Positions 37,860 to 48,100 are shown, counted from the stretch's first letter. The stretch is DNA of 64,000 nucleotides from a virus (IMGVR_UViG_3300007722_000012:1484-65483); one strand, 5' to 3'. Made by a program: numbers and translations. The notes: generated by a model from the letters alone, not told the origin.

Positions 37860-38839
37860 TATATTACCGAAGTTTTAACTGGTGAAGATACCCCAGAATC
37901 AAATTTAGCCCGTTCAGATGCTACTCGTGTAATGACCCCGGTTTTCGGATGATGATGATCCCACCGAATCCCGCCGTTACCGGCTTTCTTCATGTGAATA
38001 TTTGCGTGATCTTTTAGAATATGATCAAAGTGGGTAGATGGTGAATGGACTTGAGTTTTGTGATCTGCATTCTGACCGGATGCATGAGCCCTAATATGGG
38101 GGATTTGATTGGGTGTAGCGTGTAGAAGATGCCGTAAGTGATGAGCTCTATCTTTGCTGGTCATTTTCTGATAAGCACCGTGCCAGTCATCTCTGATATT
38201 TTTCAAGGCCGTTCGGCCGTGTTCTGATGCAACTACATTGGCCGTCTCATCTGTCTTCAGATGCGCCTTAGCTTGTGTATCATTCATACCAGCCATTTCA
38301 GTACGTTGATTAACTATTTTCTGTCTGGCGCCTTTTATGTGATGAGTAGTATCGACGCCCAGACGTTTGTCAACGGCCTTATGACCCTCATTATGAACGC
38401 CAGGTTGCGCCCCATGTTTTTGAGTACTTTTTAATGAAATGCCATGATGTGTTCCATCGTGGTGTTGTACCATAACATCAGATGCATCTTCATGTTGACT
38501 AAGATTATGTTTACCGTCAGTAAATTTCTTAATATCTCCAGCCTTTGAAACAATACCAACCTTCTTAAAGCTTGAAACTCCGAGATGTTTCTTAATATGT
38601 TCAGTCGCGTGCTGTGCCTTTTTGTGTTCATCTTTGTATTTTTCACTAGTTGAACCACCGACTTGGTACATTAATTTATCGTGATGATCTTTATGATAAT
38701 CATCAATAAACTTACCCCCATTTAGATGTTTAGCAACCAAAACTTCATGAATTTTCCCATTTAAGTCTGATGTACTTAGATTTTTTGCTGTAGTTTTGGC
38801 TTCTTCGAGCCACTCAAGCCAATTTTTGAAACCAATCAT
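37859..38839 (-). CDS. PD-(D/E)xK nuclease-like His/Lys-rich protein
   Basis: G..HE, SDVMV...GISLK; starts MIGFKNWLE. Confidence 0.55.
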   Translation of the reverse strand: MIGFKNWLEWLEEAKTTAKNLSTSDLNGKIHEVLVAKHLNGGKFIDDYHKDHHDKLMYQVGGSTSEKYKDEHKKAQHATEHIKKHLGVSSFKKVGIVSKAGDIKKFTDGKHNLSQHEDASDVMVQHHDGTHHGISLKSTQKHGAQPGVHNEGHKAVDKRLGVDTTHHIKGARQKIVNQRTEMAGMNDTQAKAHLKTDETANVVASEHGRTALKNIRDDWHGAYQKMTSKDRAHHLRHLLHATPNQIPHIRAHASGQNADHKTQVHSPSTHFDHILKDHANIHMKKAGNGGIRWDHHHPKTGVITRVASERAKFDSGVSSPVKTSVI

Positions 38840-38881
38840 TTTATATCCCCATCAATATGTTTAGATTATTTATCACTTAAT

Positions 38882-39585
38882 CTAATACTTTAACTCCAAC
38901 TGCTTGATTGTATACTTAAAATCTTCTTTTATGTAAATGGCCAGCCGCTCTTCCATGTGGCGTAGTGTTACGTTCTTTTTCGCCTTGGCGCTACTTCGAA
39001 AATCATCTGCAATGTCAAAAATCTTGGCCCGGTTTTGCCTTCCTTCAACCGCAATGTGCGTCCAATGCCCTGGCGCACCCGGATAGCACTCTTTGTAGGG
39101 CAAGCAAAGATCAAATTCTCAAGGCTTGGAATGTTAATCCCTGTGCTCATCAGCGACTCCGTGGCAACTATAATCGCATTCTCATCGGTCTCCAGAATTA
39201 AGCGAATCCGATCTCGTTCCTCGATCTTGACACCGCCATGGATAAAGTATATCGGCCGACCATCCGCTGCCTTCTCAGAAATCATCTCATACAGAATCTT
39301 GCCGTGCTGTTCAACATAACGATATAAAATTAGAGTATTACCCTTAGTCGCCAGCGCTAGGTTGGTAATGAACTTATTGCGTGCAGTATTGGCGATGATC
39401 TGCTGAAGTTCTTCCCGATAATCCATACCCTTTAGCGCCTTACAGAATACATCGGGATGCTTTAATAGTAACACGCGGATATCTATTGGGACCGCTTGAC
39501 CAGCTTCTATGAGTTCGGCCGCAGAGATAATCTGATGAACCGGGCCAAGCAAACCTATCAACAGCAACCTATTTACTGTACTCAT
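38882..39585 (-). CDS. uvsW: UvsW helicase C-terminal part (frameshift near 39030)
   Basis: RNKFI, STGINIP, QGIGRTLR; the terminal IFDIADD...HMEER is in a shifted frame. Confidence 0.85.
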
Positions 39586-39647
39586 AATATATTCTCGATT
39601 TCTAAATTGTATAAATAATAGTGACGACCACGATTATGTCTTTCTAA

Positions 39648-40463
39648 CTAAGATGACATAGTTCCAGTTGTACCTATTCTGTGCCCAGTGTTAACAAACC
39701 CCTCAATGGCAGCACATACAACAGCCGCAGAAAATAAATGGGCTTCATCACAAATTAATACATCGGTTCCAGTTATTAGTTTCTGATAGTTCTCTTTGTC
39801 GGACTTCAACATTGATGCTATTGTCTGCCAGGTCGATACGGTTACAGCCTTGCCAAAGACTCGTTCCTTACCAGCATACAGTGAGTGAATGTTTGCGTCG
39901 ACATCCCATCCATTGGCGCTAGAATAATCTTTAAAATCGTTAGCCATCTGATTTACTAAATTTACAGTAGGAACTATGAGCACAAGCCGTTGATCATTTT
40001 CGAGACAATACCGGATGATAGAATAGATAATAAGCGACTTGCCCGACGAGGTGGCAGATTCTAAGATGAGTCGTTTGTTCGATAGCGCTTTGTGAACGGC
40101 ATCGATTTGGTAGTCGCGAATCTCGATAGGCACACCTCGACCATATAGATTCAAACCAAGCATGAACTCGTGAACATCGCCGCGAGTAATTTTTATAACT
40201 GGGCTGAGTTCAGGCGCGATGTTGATCTCGTAGTTACGAGTTTGGGCAAACTTTAGGATAAGTTCGATGAGACCTTTATACACGAGCTTGGTACGAAGAT
40301 TGTAGAGACGAATTTTTCCGTCCCATTGGCCATTTTTAAATTTAGGTGCGAATTTAGCACCAGGCACATCGAAACAAAAAAATTCCGCCAATTCTTGTTC
40401 AGCCGAAGCTTCTTGACATATTACTCTAATATGAGTTTCATTGTGAGGGATAAGATGAATCAT
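39648..40463 (-). CDS. uvsW: UvsW helicase N-terminal part
   Basis: WDGKIRL, RDYQ, ATSSGKS, DEAH, GTTGT then TAG. Confidence 0.9.
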   Translation of the reverse strand: MIHLIPHNETHIRVICQEASAEQELAEFFCFDVPGAKFAPKFKNGQWDGKIRLYNLRTKLVYKGLIELILKFAQTRNYEINIAPELSPVIKITRGDVHEFMLGLNLYGRGVPIEIRDYQIDAVHKALSNKRLILESATSSGKSLIIYSIIRYCLENDQRLVLIVPTVNLVNQMANDFKDYSSANGWDVDANIHSLYAGKERVFGKAVTVSTWQTIASMLKSDKENYQKLITGTDVLICDEAHLFSAAVVCAAIEGFVNTGHRIGTTGTMSS

Positions 40464-40555
40464 AGTAAAGTTCAAAATTATAGATGTATAAATAAGTGGT
40501 AATCGCGGTGCGGAAACACCCATTACCTCTAGTCGAATCTGTTTAAGGAGTCTTT

Positions 40556-41512
40556 ATGACCAGTCATCTTATTTATTATACATATGCTTATCTCAGAGCC
40601 AAAGATAGCAAAACAGCTAGAGCCGGCACGCCATATTATATTGGTAAAGGTAAGGGAGATCGCGCATTCTCTATGCACGGTAAAAAATCTCCGCCAAATA
40701 AATCCAGAATTGTATTCCTAGAAACACATTTAAGTGATATCGGTGCATGTGCGCTCGAGCGCCGATATATAAAATGGTATGGGCGTATAGATATTGGCAC
40801 TGGAATTCTTCGAAATCTCACAGATGGTGGCGATGGTATTGGTGGATTTAAAGCAACAACAGAACAAAATAAAGCTAGGTCACTTAGGCTAAATGGTATT
40901 CCGCAATCAAAAACATACTTAGAAAAGGCTGCTGCTACACGAAAAAGAAATAAAGCAGAAGGCAAATTGCACAAACGCCACTCAAAAGAATCAATAATAC
41001 GACGGTTGGCTACAACTATAGCAAATAAAGAAGCCGGATATATTCGTAAACCCAGATCAGAAGAATCATGTATAGAACAGGGAATCAGACAAACCGGTTT
41101 ACTCTGGACAGATGAAATAAAGATGAAGGCTAAAAACACTAGAGACGAAACAAAAGCTGCTGGTGTTATTCATGCATCAACCGGAGTTTCTCAAAGCTCA
41201 GAACATATAGCCTCACGGCTAGCAACGAAATCAAAAAATAAAGCTGATGGTATACTTTACAAAAGGCACTCCGCTGAGTCCAATAAAGCTAATGGTGATC
41301 GCCAGAGAGGAGTTCCTCAAACTGATGATCGCATTTCCCGAGCTAAAGCTACGAGGGCGGCTAATGAAGCAGCTGGTATATCTAGAAAATCCCCTTCAGT
41401 AGAAATGAATAAAGCGAATTCGGATAGACAACTCGGGACAAAAAGAACAGAGGAATCTAAAGCTAAGGGTAGAATTACTAGGGCTAAAAATAAAGCAGAT
41501 AAAACAGCATAA
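40556..41512 (+). mobile_element. Free-standing GIY-YIG-type homing endonuclease with NUMOD-like repeats
   Basis: YYTYAY...[17 protein letters not shown], repeated S.E motifs. Confidence 0.85.
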
Positions 41513-41950
41513 TTATGACCCAGAGCGCCAGCGGATAAAATCCACAGCATTCTTGATGTTGAAGGATCTTGCCCGAATTTCTTGCAAAACTGAATCCAAA
41601 AAATACAAGATTATTTTTAGGTATTCCTGACGACCCAGCAAAATCTGCATATCGGGCGACGCGATTATCATATCCGATACATCTGCGCGGAGCGTCTTAT
41701 AAGCCCACTGATCCCAGTCTTTATCTTTGAGTTCGGCGCTCGTCATTTCGCCTCGGAAGTATCGACCGCGCAATACTTGCAATTGCGCAATTTCCATCTG
41801 CAACTTCACGAGTTGCATCTTTATAGTAAGCGCTTCATTCACATAGTTACTGTGGAGGTTGGATGTGCGCAACGCGGCGCCAGAGAGGTCATTTTCCGAA
41901 ATCACAGCATCAATCGCCCATTTTTCCTGAAGTTCTTTAAGCGTAGCCAT
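41513..41950 (-). CDS. uvsY: Recombination mediator UvsY
   Basis: W..D..I, LH..Y, R.F.IKNA.DF.RW..G. Confidence 0.92.
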   Translation of the reverse strand: MATLKELQEKWAIDAVISENDLSGAALRTSNLHSNYVNEALTIKMQLVKLQMEIAQLQVLRGRYFRGEMTSAELKDKDWDQWAYKTLRADVSDMIIASPDMQILLGRQEYLKIILYFLDSVLQEIRARSFNIKNAVDFIRWRSGS

Positions 41951-42055
41951 AATTATATAATTCCCGAAATTAAAGTTGTATAAATAGAATAGGTGGCACC
42001 CAGGAATTACAAGTTCCGTGGATGCCGGTCACCCATAAACTTACTTAAGGCTTAT

Positions 42056-42835
42056 ATGAGCAACGAAATTATTTATCCCCAATTCATGCCCTATGTTTAT
42101 CTGGGTATCAAACCAGATACGGATGAGTTCTACTGGGGCTCTAGATGGGCTAATGCAACAAAACACAAAAGAACACCGGAATGTAATTTTATTCACTTCT
42201 ACCGAACCTCAGCACCTGAGATAACAGCAATATTTGATAGCTTTGATTGGTTCATCTTCGAAGAATTTGTTGAACCAGATGATGCTTATGACTTTGAACA
42301 ACTTTGCATATTCGAAGACTGGGACAATCCATTAATTTTGAATAAAGTGTGTCACTATGGGGCAAAAGCTAGATTTCGACCGGATACAAAAAGTCAAAAA
42401 CTAGCTGAGACTACAATGGCCAAAATTAACCCAGAAACAGGCACATCTATTAAACAAGATGCGCATAAAAAATCCGTTAACACAAAGTCTATAATCAACC
42501 CAGAAACGGGTACATCTATTTATTGCGTCACCGGCAAAAAATTTGGTCATACCATGGCAGTAATAAACCCAGAAACTGGTACTTCTATTGCACAGGATTC
42601 TGCTAAAAAAGCCGCTACCACAACTTCAGCTATCAACCCAAAAACAGGCAATACATTTGCCAAGGATAGTAATAAACTGGGTGTCGCCACAATGAGATTA
42701 GTCAACCCTGAAACTGGTTTTACCTATAAAGAAGAACAGAATATGCGTACAGTTTTAGCTAACAGAAAAGTTGATCCAGTTACTGGTCTGAATAGATTGG
42801 AACAGAGAAAACTTTCTAGAGTTCTGTTAGTGTAG
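42056..42835 (+). mobile_element. GIY-YIG-like homing endonuclease with tandem INPETG repeats
   Basis: YVY...FYWGSR...YRTS; six (I/V)(N/D)PxTG units. Confidence 0.75.
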
Positions 42836-42854
42836 CCATAATATAGTTATCGCG

Positions 42855-43394
42855 TTAAGCGACAGTTAATGTAAAATAAGAGTATGCAAAAGTTACGTTG
42901 GCGATAATGGGTTCAGAGTCTGAATTATTTGAACTGAACTGCAGTCCCGATAGTCTCGTAGGAAAACAGTCAACAAAGTGCGCCTGTATAATAGGCAGCT
43001 GATCGTTGCCCAAAACATGCAAAATTCCATCTGTGTACCCCTTGGCTAACTCAGATAAACTTGCAGAATTTTTACTATTACGCATCAGTGCGCTGTATTG
43101 TTCGTGATTTCTGGGGAAGCCCATTCCAAACATCCAGTCGTATATTGCGCTATAGTTTGACATTTTCTCGTCGACGACAAATGTGCAGGTCAGATCATCA
43201 TAAGTTAGAGTTTCGCCGGGCACAGGAAAGTCGTGTACAGATGTAGACATCGGCGCAATACCTAGACTGATACCCGGCAATTCAACCGATTGTACCATGA
43301 AGGATATTTCTTTAAACTTCGTGAGCGCAAATAGATAATTACCAGTACCGAATAACGGGTTGATATTGATCGGTGATGGGCAGGTTAGAGGCAT
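42855..43394 (-). CDS. 3: Tail tube terminator/tail completion gp3-like
   Basis: LPGISLG, F.VDE...NY...DW, FPT.LSGL.F. Confidence 0.85.
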   Translation of the reverse strand: MPLTCPSPININPLFGTGNYLFALTKFKEISFMVQSVELPGISLGIAPMSTSVHDFPVPGETLTYDDLTCTFVVDEKMSNYSAIYDWMFGMGFPRNHEQYSALMRNSKNSASLSELAKGYTDGILHVLGNDQLPIIQAHFVDCFPTRLSGLQFSSNNSDSEPIIANVTFAYSYFTLTVA

Positions 43395-43412
43395 AATTAT
43401 TCCTTCAGTTTA

Positions 43413-43499
43413 TCAGCCCACGACGTATCGATAGCCTGAACCGTGTTTTTCAAGACGGCCGCCAATTTGGGCTGCAGCTGCCGTTGTTAGTGTAATCAT
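43413..43499 (-). pseudogene. IscA/HesB-like remnant
   Basis: MITLTTAAAAQIGGRLEKHGSGYRYVVG* resembles the IscA N-terminus with an internal deletion. Confidence 0.45.
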
Positions 43500-43637
43500 T
43501 TTTTGTGAGCGATCAGTGTTACTTTTTTAATTTTATTAATTTCTTTATCGGACTCATGATCATGATCTCTATCGAATGTCTTTGGATTCCATCGCCCGTC
43601 GATATGAGTATCATGATCGGTTTCAGCATCTAATCAT

Positions 43638-44135
43638 CTAATTTATTCCCAAGATTAATTGGCTTCTTGATTTATGGTCCCATCCGTGAACATGGATACC
43701 AGGTTCTTTACTCAACTTGTGCCAGAGATTTTTACCACCAGCCGACTGTAGGTCGGACGATTGAAGAATCTTGCCATGCTTCTTTATAAGATGAGCGTAA
43801 ACCTTATGAAGTGGCAATGTGTTTGATTTATGAGCTTCTACCGTATCCGTTTGTTCAGTCGCGCCAACGTGTGCTGTTTTAATGCTTGCTACAACTTTGC
43901 CGTTTTTGACCACATGATATTCTGCAGATTTTGGATTTTTCGCAGCTAGTCGACCGTCAGCGGTCCATTGAGTATGATGGAGTGAGTGTTCGGTATCGAT
44001 ATGTGATAAATGTATCGAGTGAGGGGCTACAGTCTTAAGTGACTTGCCAAGATGTTGAATTAATGGGTAGCGGCCGCCCTTTTTGTCAACATCACCAAGC
44101 TCCACTTCGGCTAAATATTCTTTGAATGAGATCAT
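43638..44135 (-). CDS. Putative internal protein, GNAT-like motif; 3' end appears frameshifted
   Basis: MISFKEYLAE; SSDLQSAGGKNLWHKL. Confidence 0.55.
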   Translation of the reverse strand: MISFKEYLAEVELGDVDKKGGRYPLIQHLGKSLKTVAPHSIHLSHIDTEHSLHHTQWTADGRLAAKNPKSAEYHVVKNGKVVASIKTAHVGATEQTDTVEAHKSNTLPLHKVYAHLIKKHGKILQSSDLQSAGGKNLWHKLSKEPGIHVHGWDHKSRSQLILGIN

Positions 44136-44491
44136 ACTGACACCTTTGGTGCAAACTTGAGTTTCGCCGAGAAAAATGCCCTCGCGGCAACTGCTTTTAT
44201 ACGAGTCGCCAAGGGGTGGCTTTTATCTTTAGATATTCTACTTAACCGGCCAACGAAGTGGTGATCTGCCTTTGCTCGGTGTGCCAGTGCATGGGTTTTG
44301 TCGGGCATTTCGCGACTTTTTTCGTAGGCCACGTCGTGATGGAACGCGGCCTTATCTAGTTTGTCGATTGGTGTGCCACCTTTATTACCAGGCCCCATGT
44401 AGTTACCATGAATTTGGGTAAACTTCTTCGTAGGCGACAGTGGGTTCTCGAGTAGTTCGATTTCGGCGAGGTATTGTTTGAAGGTGATCAT
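44132..44491 (-). CDS. Parvovirus-type phospholipase A2 with capsid-targeting N-terminus
   Basis: YMGPGN Ca-loop, PIDKLDKAAFHHDVAY catalytic HD, downstream AD..F; starts MITFKQYLAE. Confidence 0.82.
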   Translation of the reverse strand: MITFKQYLAEIELLENPLSPTKKFTQIHGNYMGPGNKGGTPIDKLDKAAFHHDVAYEKSREMPDKTHALAHRAKADHHFVGRLSRISKDKSHPLATRIKAVAARAFFSAKLKFAPKVSV

Positions 44492-44591
44492 TATCTATTT
44501 ATACGAACGAATATTTCAGTAGGAAGACCTTGTGACCACAGTCCCAGAACTTCCTATAACGTGCGGCAAAATAGATCTCAAAATGCAGACG

Positions 44592-44613
44592 AAAAAAGAG
44601 ACCCGAAGGTCTC
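44592..44613 (-). terminator. UUCG terminator (duplicate of the gp23 terminator)
   Basis: GAGACC-TTCG-GGTCTC-TTTTTT. Confidence 0.85.
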
Positions 44614-45502
44614 ATCTATTACGCGGTAGCATACCTCGAATCCAACCTTCAGGCTGGGTACCAGGTCTAAACCTAGACGCTGCTATCCCATTATTCCAAG
44701 TTTGTGAACCCTTAAGTTTGGCAGAACATCCGGCTGACTGGGCAGACCTATCCCAATCTATACAACCGAGTATCCACGGTGTTCCGGGGTCTGTTTTGAA
44801 CTTTTTGTTCTTTACTCCATCATTATAGAATAGAGTATCAGTATTGAATGCTACTGCGGACTTTAGGTTTGTTTTGGCAGACACACTTTGGAGTTCAGTT
44901 TTTGGTGATGTGATGAGACCGAGCTTTTGAATATCTGGGTAATCTTTATATAAACGACCATAGTATGTACCATCCGGGCGAGAATAAAAGCTACGACCAG
45001 TCAATTTTTCTGAGAGAGATTCGTAACGGTCGATTTTATTTTCCTCACGATGTTCTTCCGATAGCCCGATAGTCCAGCCAGCATCAAGATATAGTTGGAG
45101 TTCGCTTACAAGAACACATTTGGTTTCTTTGAATCTCCGGAGTTCTATAACTCGATATATGTCTTTTGATCTTCGCATATTTTCACGAGCATCTTCGGTC
45201 ATAATAAGCCCACTAACACCCTCACCACCATCTGTGAGATTATGAAGCACTCCGGTACTATTATTTACACGACCGTAGTGCTTTATCGTACTCTGCTCAA
45301 GTATAAAGGCTGCTGCTTCAGTTAAATTAGTTTCGATGAAGATGATTTTAGATATATCTTTTGGCACAGATATTCTGCCGTGCCTGATATAAGCCCGATT
45401 ATTACACCCTTTGCCGATGTAATACGGTTCACCAAGTTTGCCTGTCGCACTTTCGTTCGCGCGAATATAGGCATAAACATAATAAATAGTTTTGTTGGTC
45501 AT
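44612..45502 (-). mobile_element. Free-standing GIY-YIG-type homing endonuclease
   Basis: YYVYAY...PYYIGKG, LHNLTDGGEG, NNG...P.GW..G repeats. Confidence 0.85.
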
Positions 45503-45588
45503 AAAGACTCCTAAGAACGGTTGACTAAAGGTAATGGAACTTGACGGTTCGCGATTACCACTTATTTATAACTACTAAATTCAAATCT

Positions 45589-45610
45589 AAAAAAGAGACC
45601 CGAAGGTCTC
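45589..45610 (-). terminator. gp23 terminator
   Basis: GAGACC-TTCG-GGTCTC-TTTTTT. Confidence 0.88.
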
Positions 45611-45655
45611 TTTTGTGTTTTCTACTATCATCTTTTGGTAGATGATAAGCAAATA

Positions 45656-46918
45656 CTACATCAAATTCAAAACGCGAATTTTTCTAAAGTAAATGTTGGT
45701 TCCAGATGCCAGTGAGGTAAATGGGTTAGCAACGAAGCCATAACGTGTGCGGAAAGCCAGTTTTGGTTGGAACGTGTTAGGATCAGTAGCACGGTACAGT
45801 GTCAGCGGAATGTACGGGCAGTAAAAAGCGCCAGCATCGAAGCGGCTAGAACCTTTGTAACCAACCATCAAGAACTGCTCGGCTGTTTGATTTGCAGCAA
45901 ACGGATCAACATACACTTTGTAGCGACCATTCAGGACACCAGCGAATGTAGAAGAAGCCTCGTCAACTTTCAGATCAGCACTGATCGCTGGAGCGTAGTC
46001 CAGAACACCAGCCATTGCCAAAGCAGAAGCTACGTCGGAAGAGCAAACAATAAAGTTGCCTTTGCCGCGACGTGTTTGTTGATAGATCGCATTGGCTTCA
46101 CGTTCGATTTGGAACATCAGACCTTTAAACTTCTCAACTGACCACCGACCGTTTGAGTCAATATCCAGATCGAATGCACCTGCAACAGCTGTACCGACTT
46201 GGGCACCAACTTGTGCCGATACGTACACTGTACGGATAACTTCACGGTTGATTTCGTTGATAATTTCTTGTGACAGAATGTTTGACAGTTCAGCTTCTGC
46301 GTCCAGACCATGAACAGATTTCAAGTCTTGAGCAAGCTCAACACTGTATTCTGCTTTCAGAGCACGGGAAACCGCAACTACTGAAGTCTTTTCGATGCTG
46401 AATGCCATCTGATTGAATGTACCACCTGGAGTACCAGTAAGTGAACCCAATGTTTCTGCTTCTGCTGTAGACATACCTGTACCGGTTGTTGAACCAGCAA
46501 CTTCAGGACCACCTGCGTGAGTACCTTTACCAGCGAAGTCTGTATCAGCTTCGTTGAACAGAGCCTCAGTACCACCTTGTGTCGAATACTTAGATTTCAT
46601 CGCGAAGATCAAACCTGTAGGCAGAGTCATTGGCTGAACACCGCACATGTCGTAAGCGATCATGGCAGGCATAGCACGGCGAACCAAGCTAATCAGTACT
46701 GGGTCGAAACGAGCAACACCACCGGTGTTAGGCAAGTCGCCAGCAGAGTTACCTGGAGCATCTTCAAACAGGGCAGCACGTTCTTCACGGGCTGAGCGTT
46801 CTTGGTTTTCGAGTAGGACAGCTGTGTCCATTTTACGTTGATGATCAACGATTTTTGGCATCGAAACTGAGTCCAGAATTGGAGCCCACTTTTTCAGCAA
46901 GTCTTGATTTGTAGCCAT
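45656..46918 (-). CDS. 23: Major capsid protein gp23
   Basis: DPVLISLVRR, GVQPM..PTGLIFA, ELAQDLK, YCPY.PL, TRYG. Confidence 0.97.
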   Translation of the reverse strand: MATNQDLLKKWAPILDSVSMPKIVDHQRKMDTAVLLENQERSAREERAALFEDAPGNSAGDLPNTGGVARFDPVLISLVRRAMPAMIAYDMCGVQPMTLPTGLIFAMKSKYSTQGGTEALFNEADTDFAGKGTHAGGPEVAGSTTGTGMSTAEAETLGSLTGTPGGTFNQMAFSIEKTSVVAVSRALKAEYSVELAQDLKSVHGLDAEAELSNILSQEIINEINREVIRTVYVSAQVGAQVGTAVAGAFDLDIDSNGRWSVEKFKGLMFQIEREANAIYQQTRRGKGNFIVCSSDVASALAMAGVLDYAPAISADLKVDEASSTFAGVLNGRYKVYVDPFAANQTAEQFLMVGYKGSSRFDAGAFYCPYIPLTLYRATDPNTFQPKLAFRTRYGFVANPFTSLASGTNIYFRKIRVLNLM

Positions 46919-46969
46919 TTTATTTTCCTTTTGTAATGGATATATTATTTATATAATCTAAAAATTAGA

Positions 46970-48040
46970 TTATTGTGTGGATCGTTCGATTGCAGTTAGG
47001 TATCTTGCCATGTCTGGAGATATCTTAGTGCTCTCTTCAAGAGTTTCAACAGGTCCGTCAGTCATGAACTCTTCGACAAGGGTTGTAACTTCAGGCTTAG
47101 CGGATGCAGAGAAATAACTCTCTTTGATCACGGCAAGCTTTTTGTCAAAACCTTCTTCTACGTAGCTCAGTTCCTCTGCCAGGGCGCGAAACTTTTCAGC
47201 ATCAGTTTCTACGAGGCCTTCAACAGCTTCATCGATCATAATCTGACGATTAATTTCTTTGAGTGTCGAAACCAGTTCAACTGTTTTTGCAACCTCTTCA
47301 TCGAGACGGGCTTCAAGTTCTGCTACTTCGGCTTGGGCAGCTTCTACTAAGTCATATTTTTCATCTGGTACATCAATATAGTGACTTTCGAATACTGTCT
47401 TCATGCCGGAAACAAAAGACTCAAGAATTTCTGTCTTAATTCCGCGGTTAATTGCTAGTTCATTTTTTTCCATCCACTGCTCGACCATAAAGTCAAGATA
47501 TCCATCAACTTTGTCAACTAGACTTTCTTTCAATGCAACCGACTCTTCTAGAGCGGCTGCTTTAAAACCTTCTTGGAGTTCTTCATTTGTGGCCAATAGT
47601 GCCGCAACTTTAACTTCCAATTCTTGTTCTACACGCATAGATACAGCTGCTTCAAAGAGCTCTGCCGCGGTAGTCTTAAATTCTTCTGATAGGTCTTGAC
47701 CTTCAAATAGTTTACCTAGATCCACTTTTAGTTCCTCAGATTCTTTAACATCTTTTGCTTTTTTGTCTTTGATAGCTTTCTTGAAGTCTTCTTCCTTGTC
47801 GCCATCTTTGTCGTGATCTACGAAATCTGGTTTATCTTCTTTGCCGTCGCCGTCTGAATCTTCATCATCATCGGTCTCGATTTCAGACTTGCCATCAGAC
47901 TTATCATCTTCATCTTCGTCTTCGTCTTCGTGTTTTTCTACTACTACTTCGGCGACTTCTTCAAGCGCCAAAGTTTCTTGTGTTTTTAGATCTTCGGCAA
48001 GTTGGGCCAGTTCGATCAATTTGTCTTCTACGGTTTTCAT
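46970..48040 (-). CDS. 22: Prohead core scaffold gp22
   Basis: LSEEFK...FEAAV, YLD..VE.W, M..Y..AI. Confidence 0.93.
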   Translation of the reverse strand: MKTVEDKLIELAQLAEDLKTQETLALEEVAEVVVEKHEDEDEDEDDKSDGKSEIETDDDEDSDGDGKEDKPDFVDHDKDGDKEEDFKKAIKDKKAKDVKESEELKVDLGKLFEGQDLSEEFKTTAAELFEAAVSMRVEQELEVKVAALLATNEELQEGFKAAALEESVALKESLVDKVDGYLDFMVEQWMEKNELAINRGIKTEILESFVSGMKTVFESHYIDVPDEKYDLVEAAQAEVAELEARLDEEVAKTVELVSTLKEINRQIMIDEAVEGLVETDAEKFRALAEELSYVEEGFDKKLAVIKESYFSASAKPEVTTLVEEFMTDGPVETLEESTKISPDMARYLTAIERSTQ

Positions 48041-48100
48041 ACGTGTTCCTTATTGGATATGTTATTTATACAACTTAAATTTCGGGTTCCATCAATATAG

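Noticed and set aside
39020-39045. Programmed frameshift in the uvsW C-terminus
   Set aside because: A single missing base near short homopolymers with no clear stimulator. Similar indels near 4080, 43660 and 63390 suggest sequencing errors.
39586-39647. Group I intron in uvsW
   Set aside because: 62 nt is far too short, and no core P/Q/R/S elements are visible.
3285-39650. Genome-wide amber recoding
   Set aside because: gp23, gp43-C and gp14 end at TAG at the expected positions, and no CTA-anticodon tRNA was seen.
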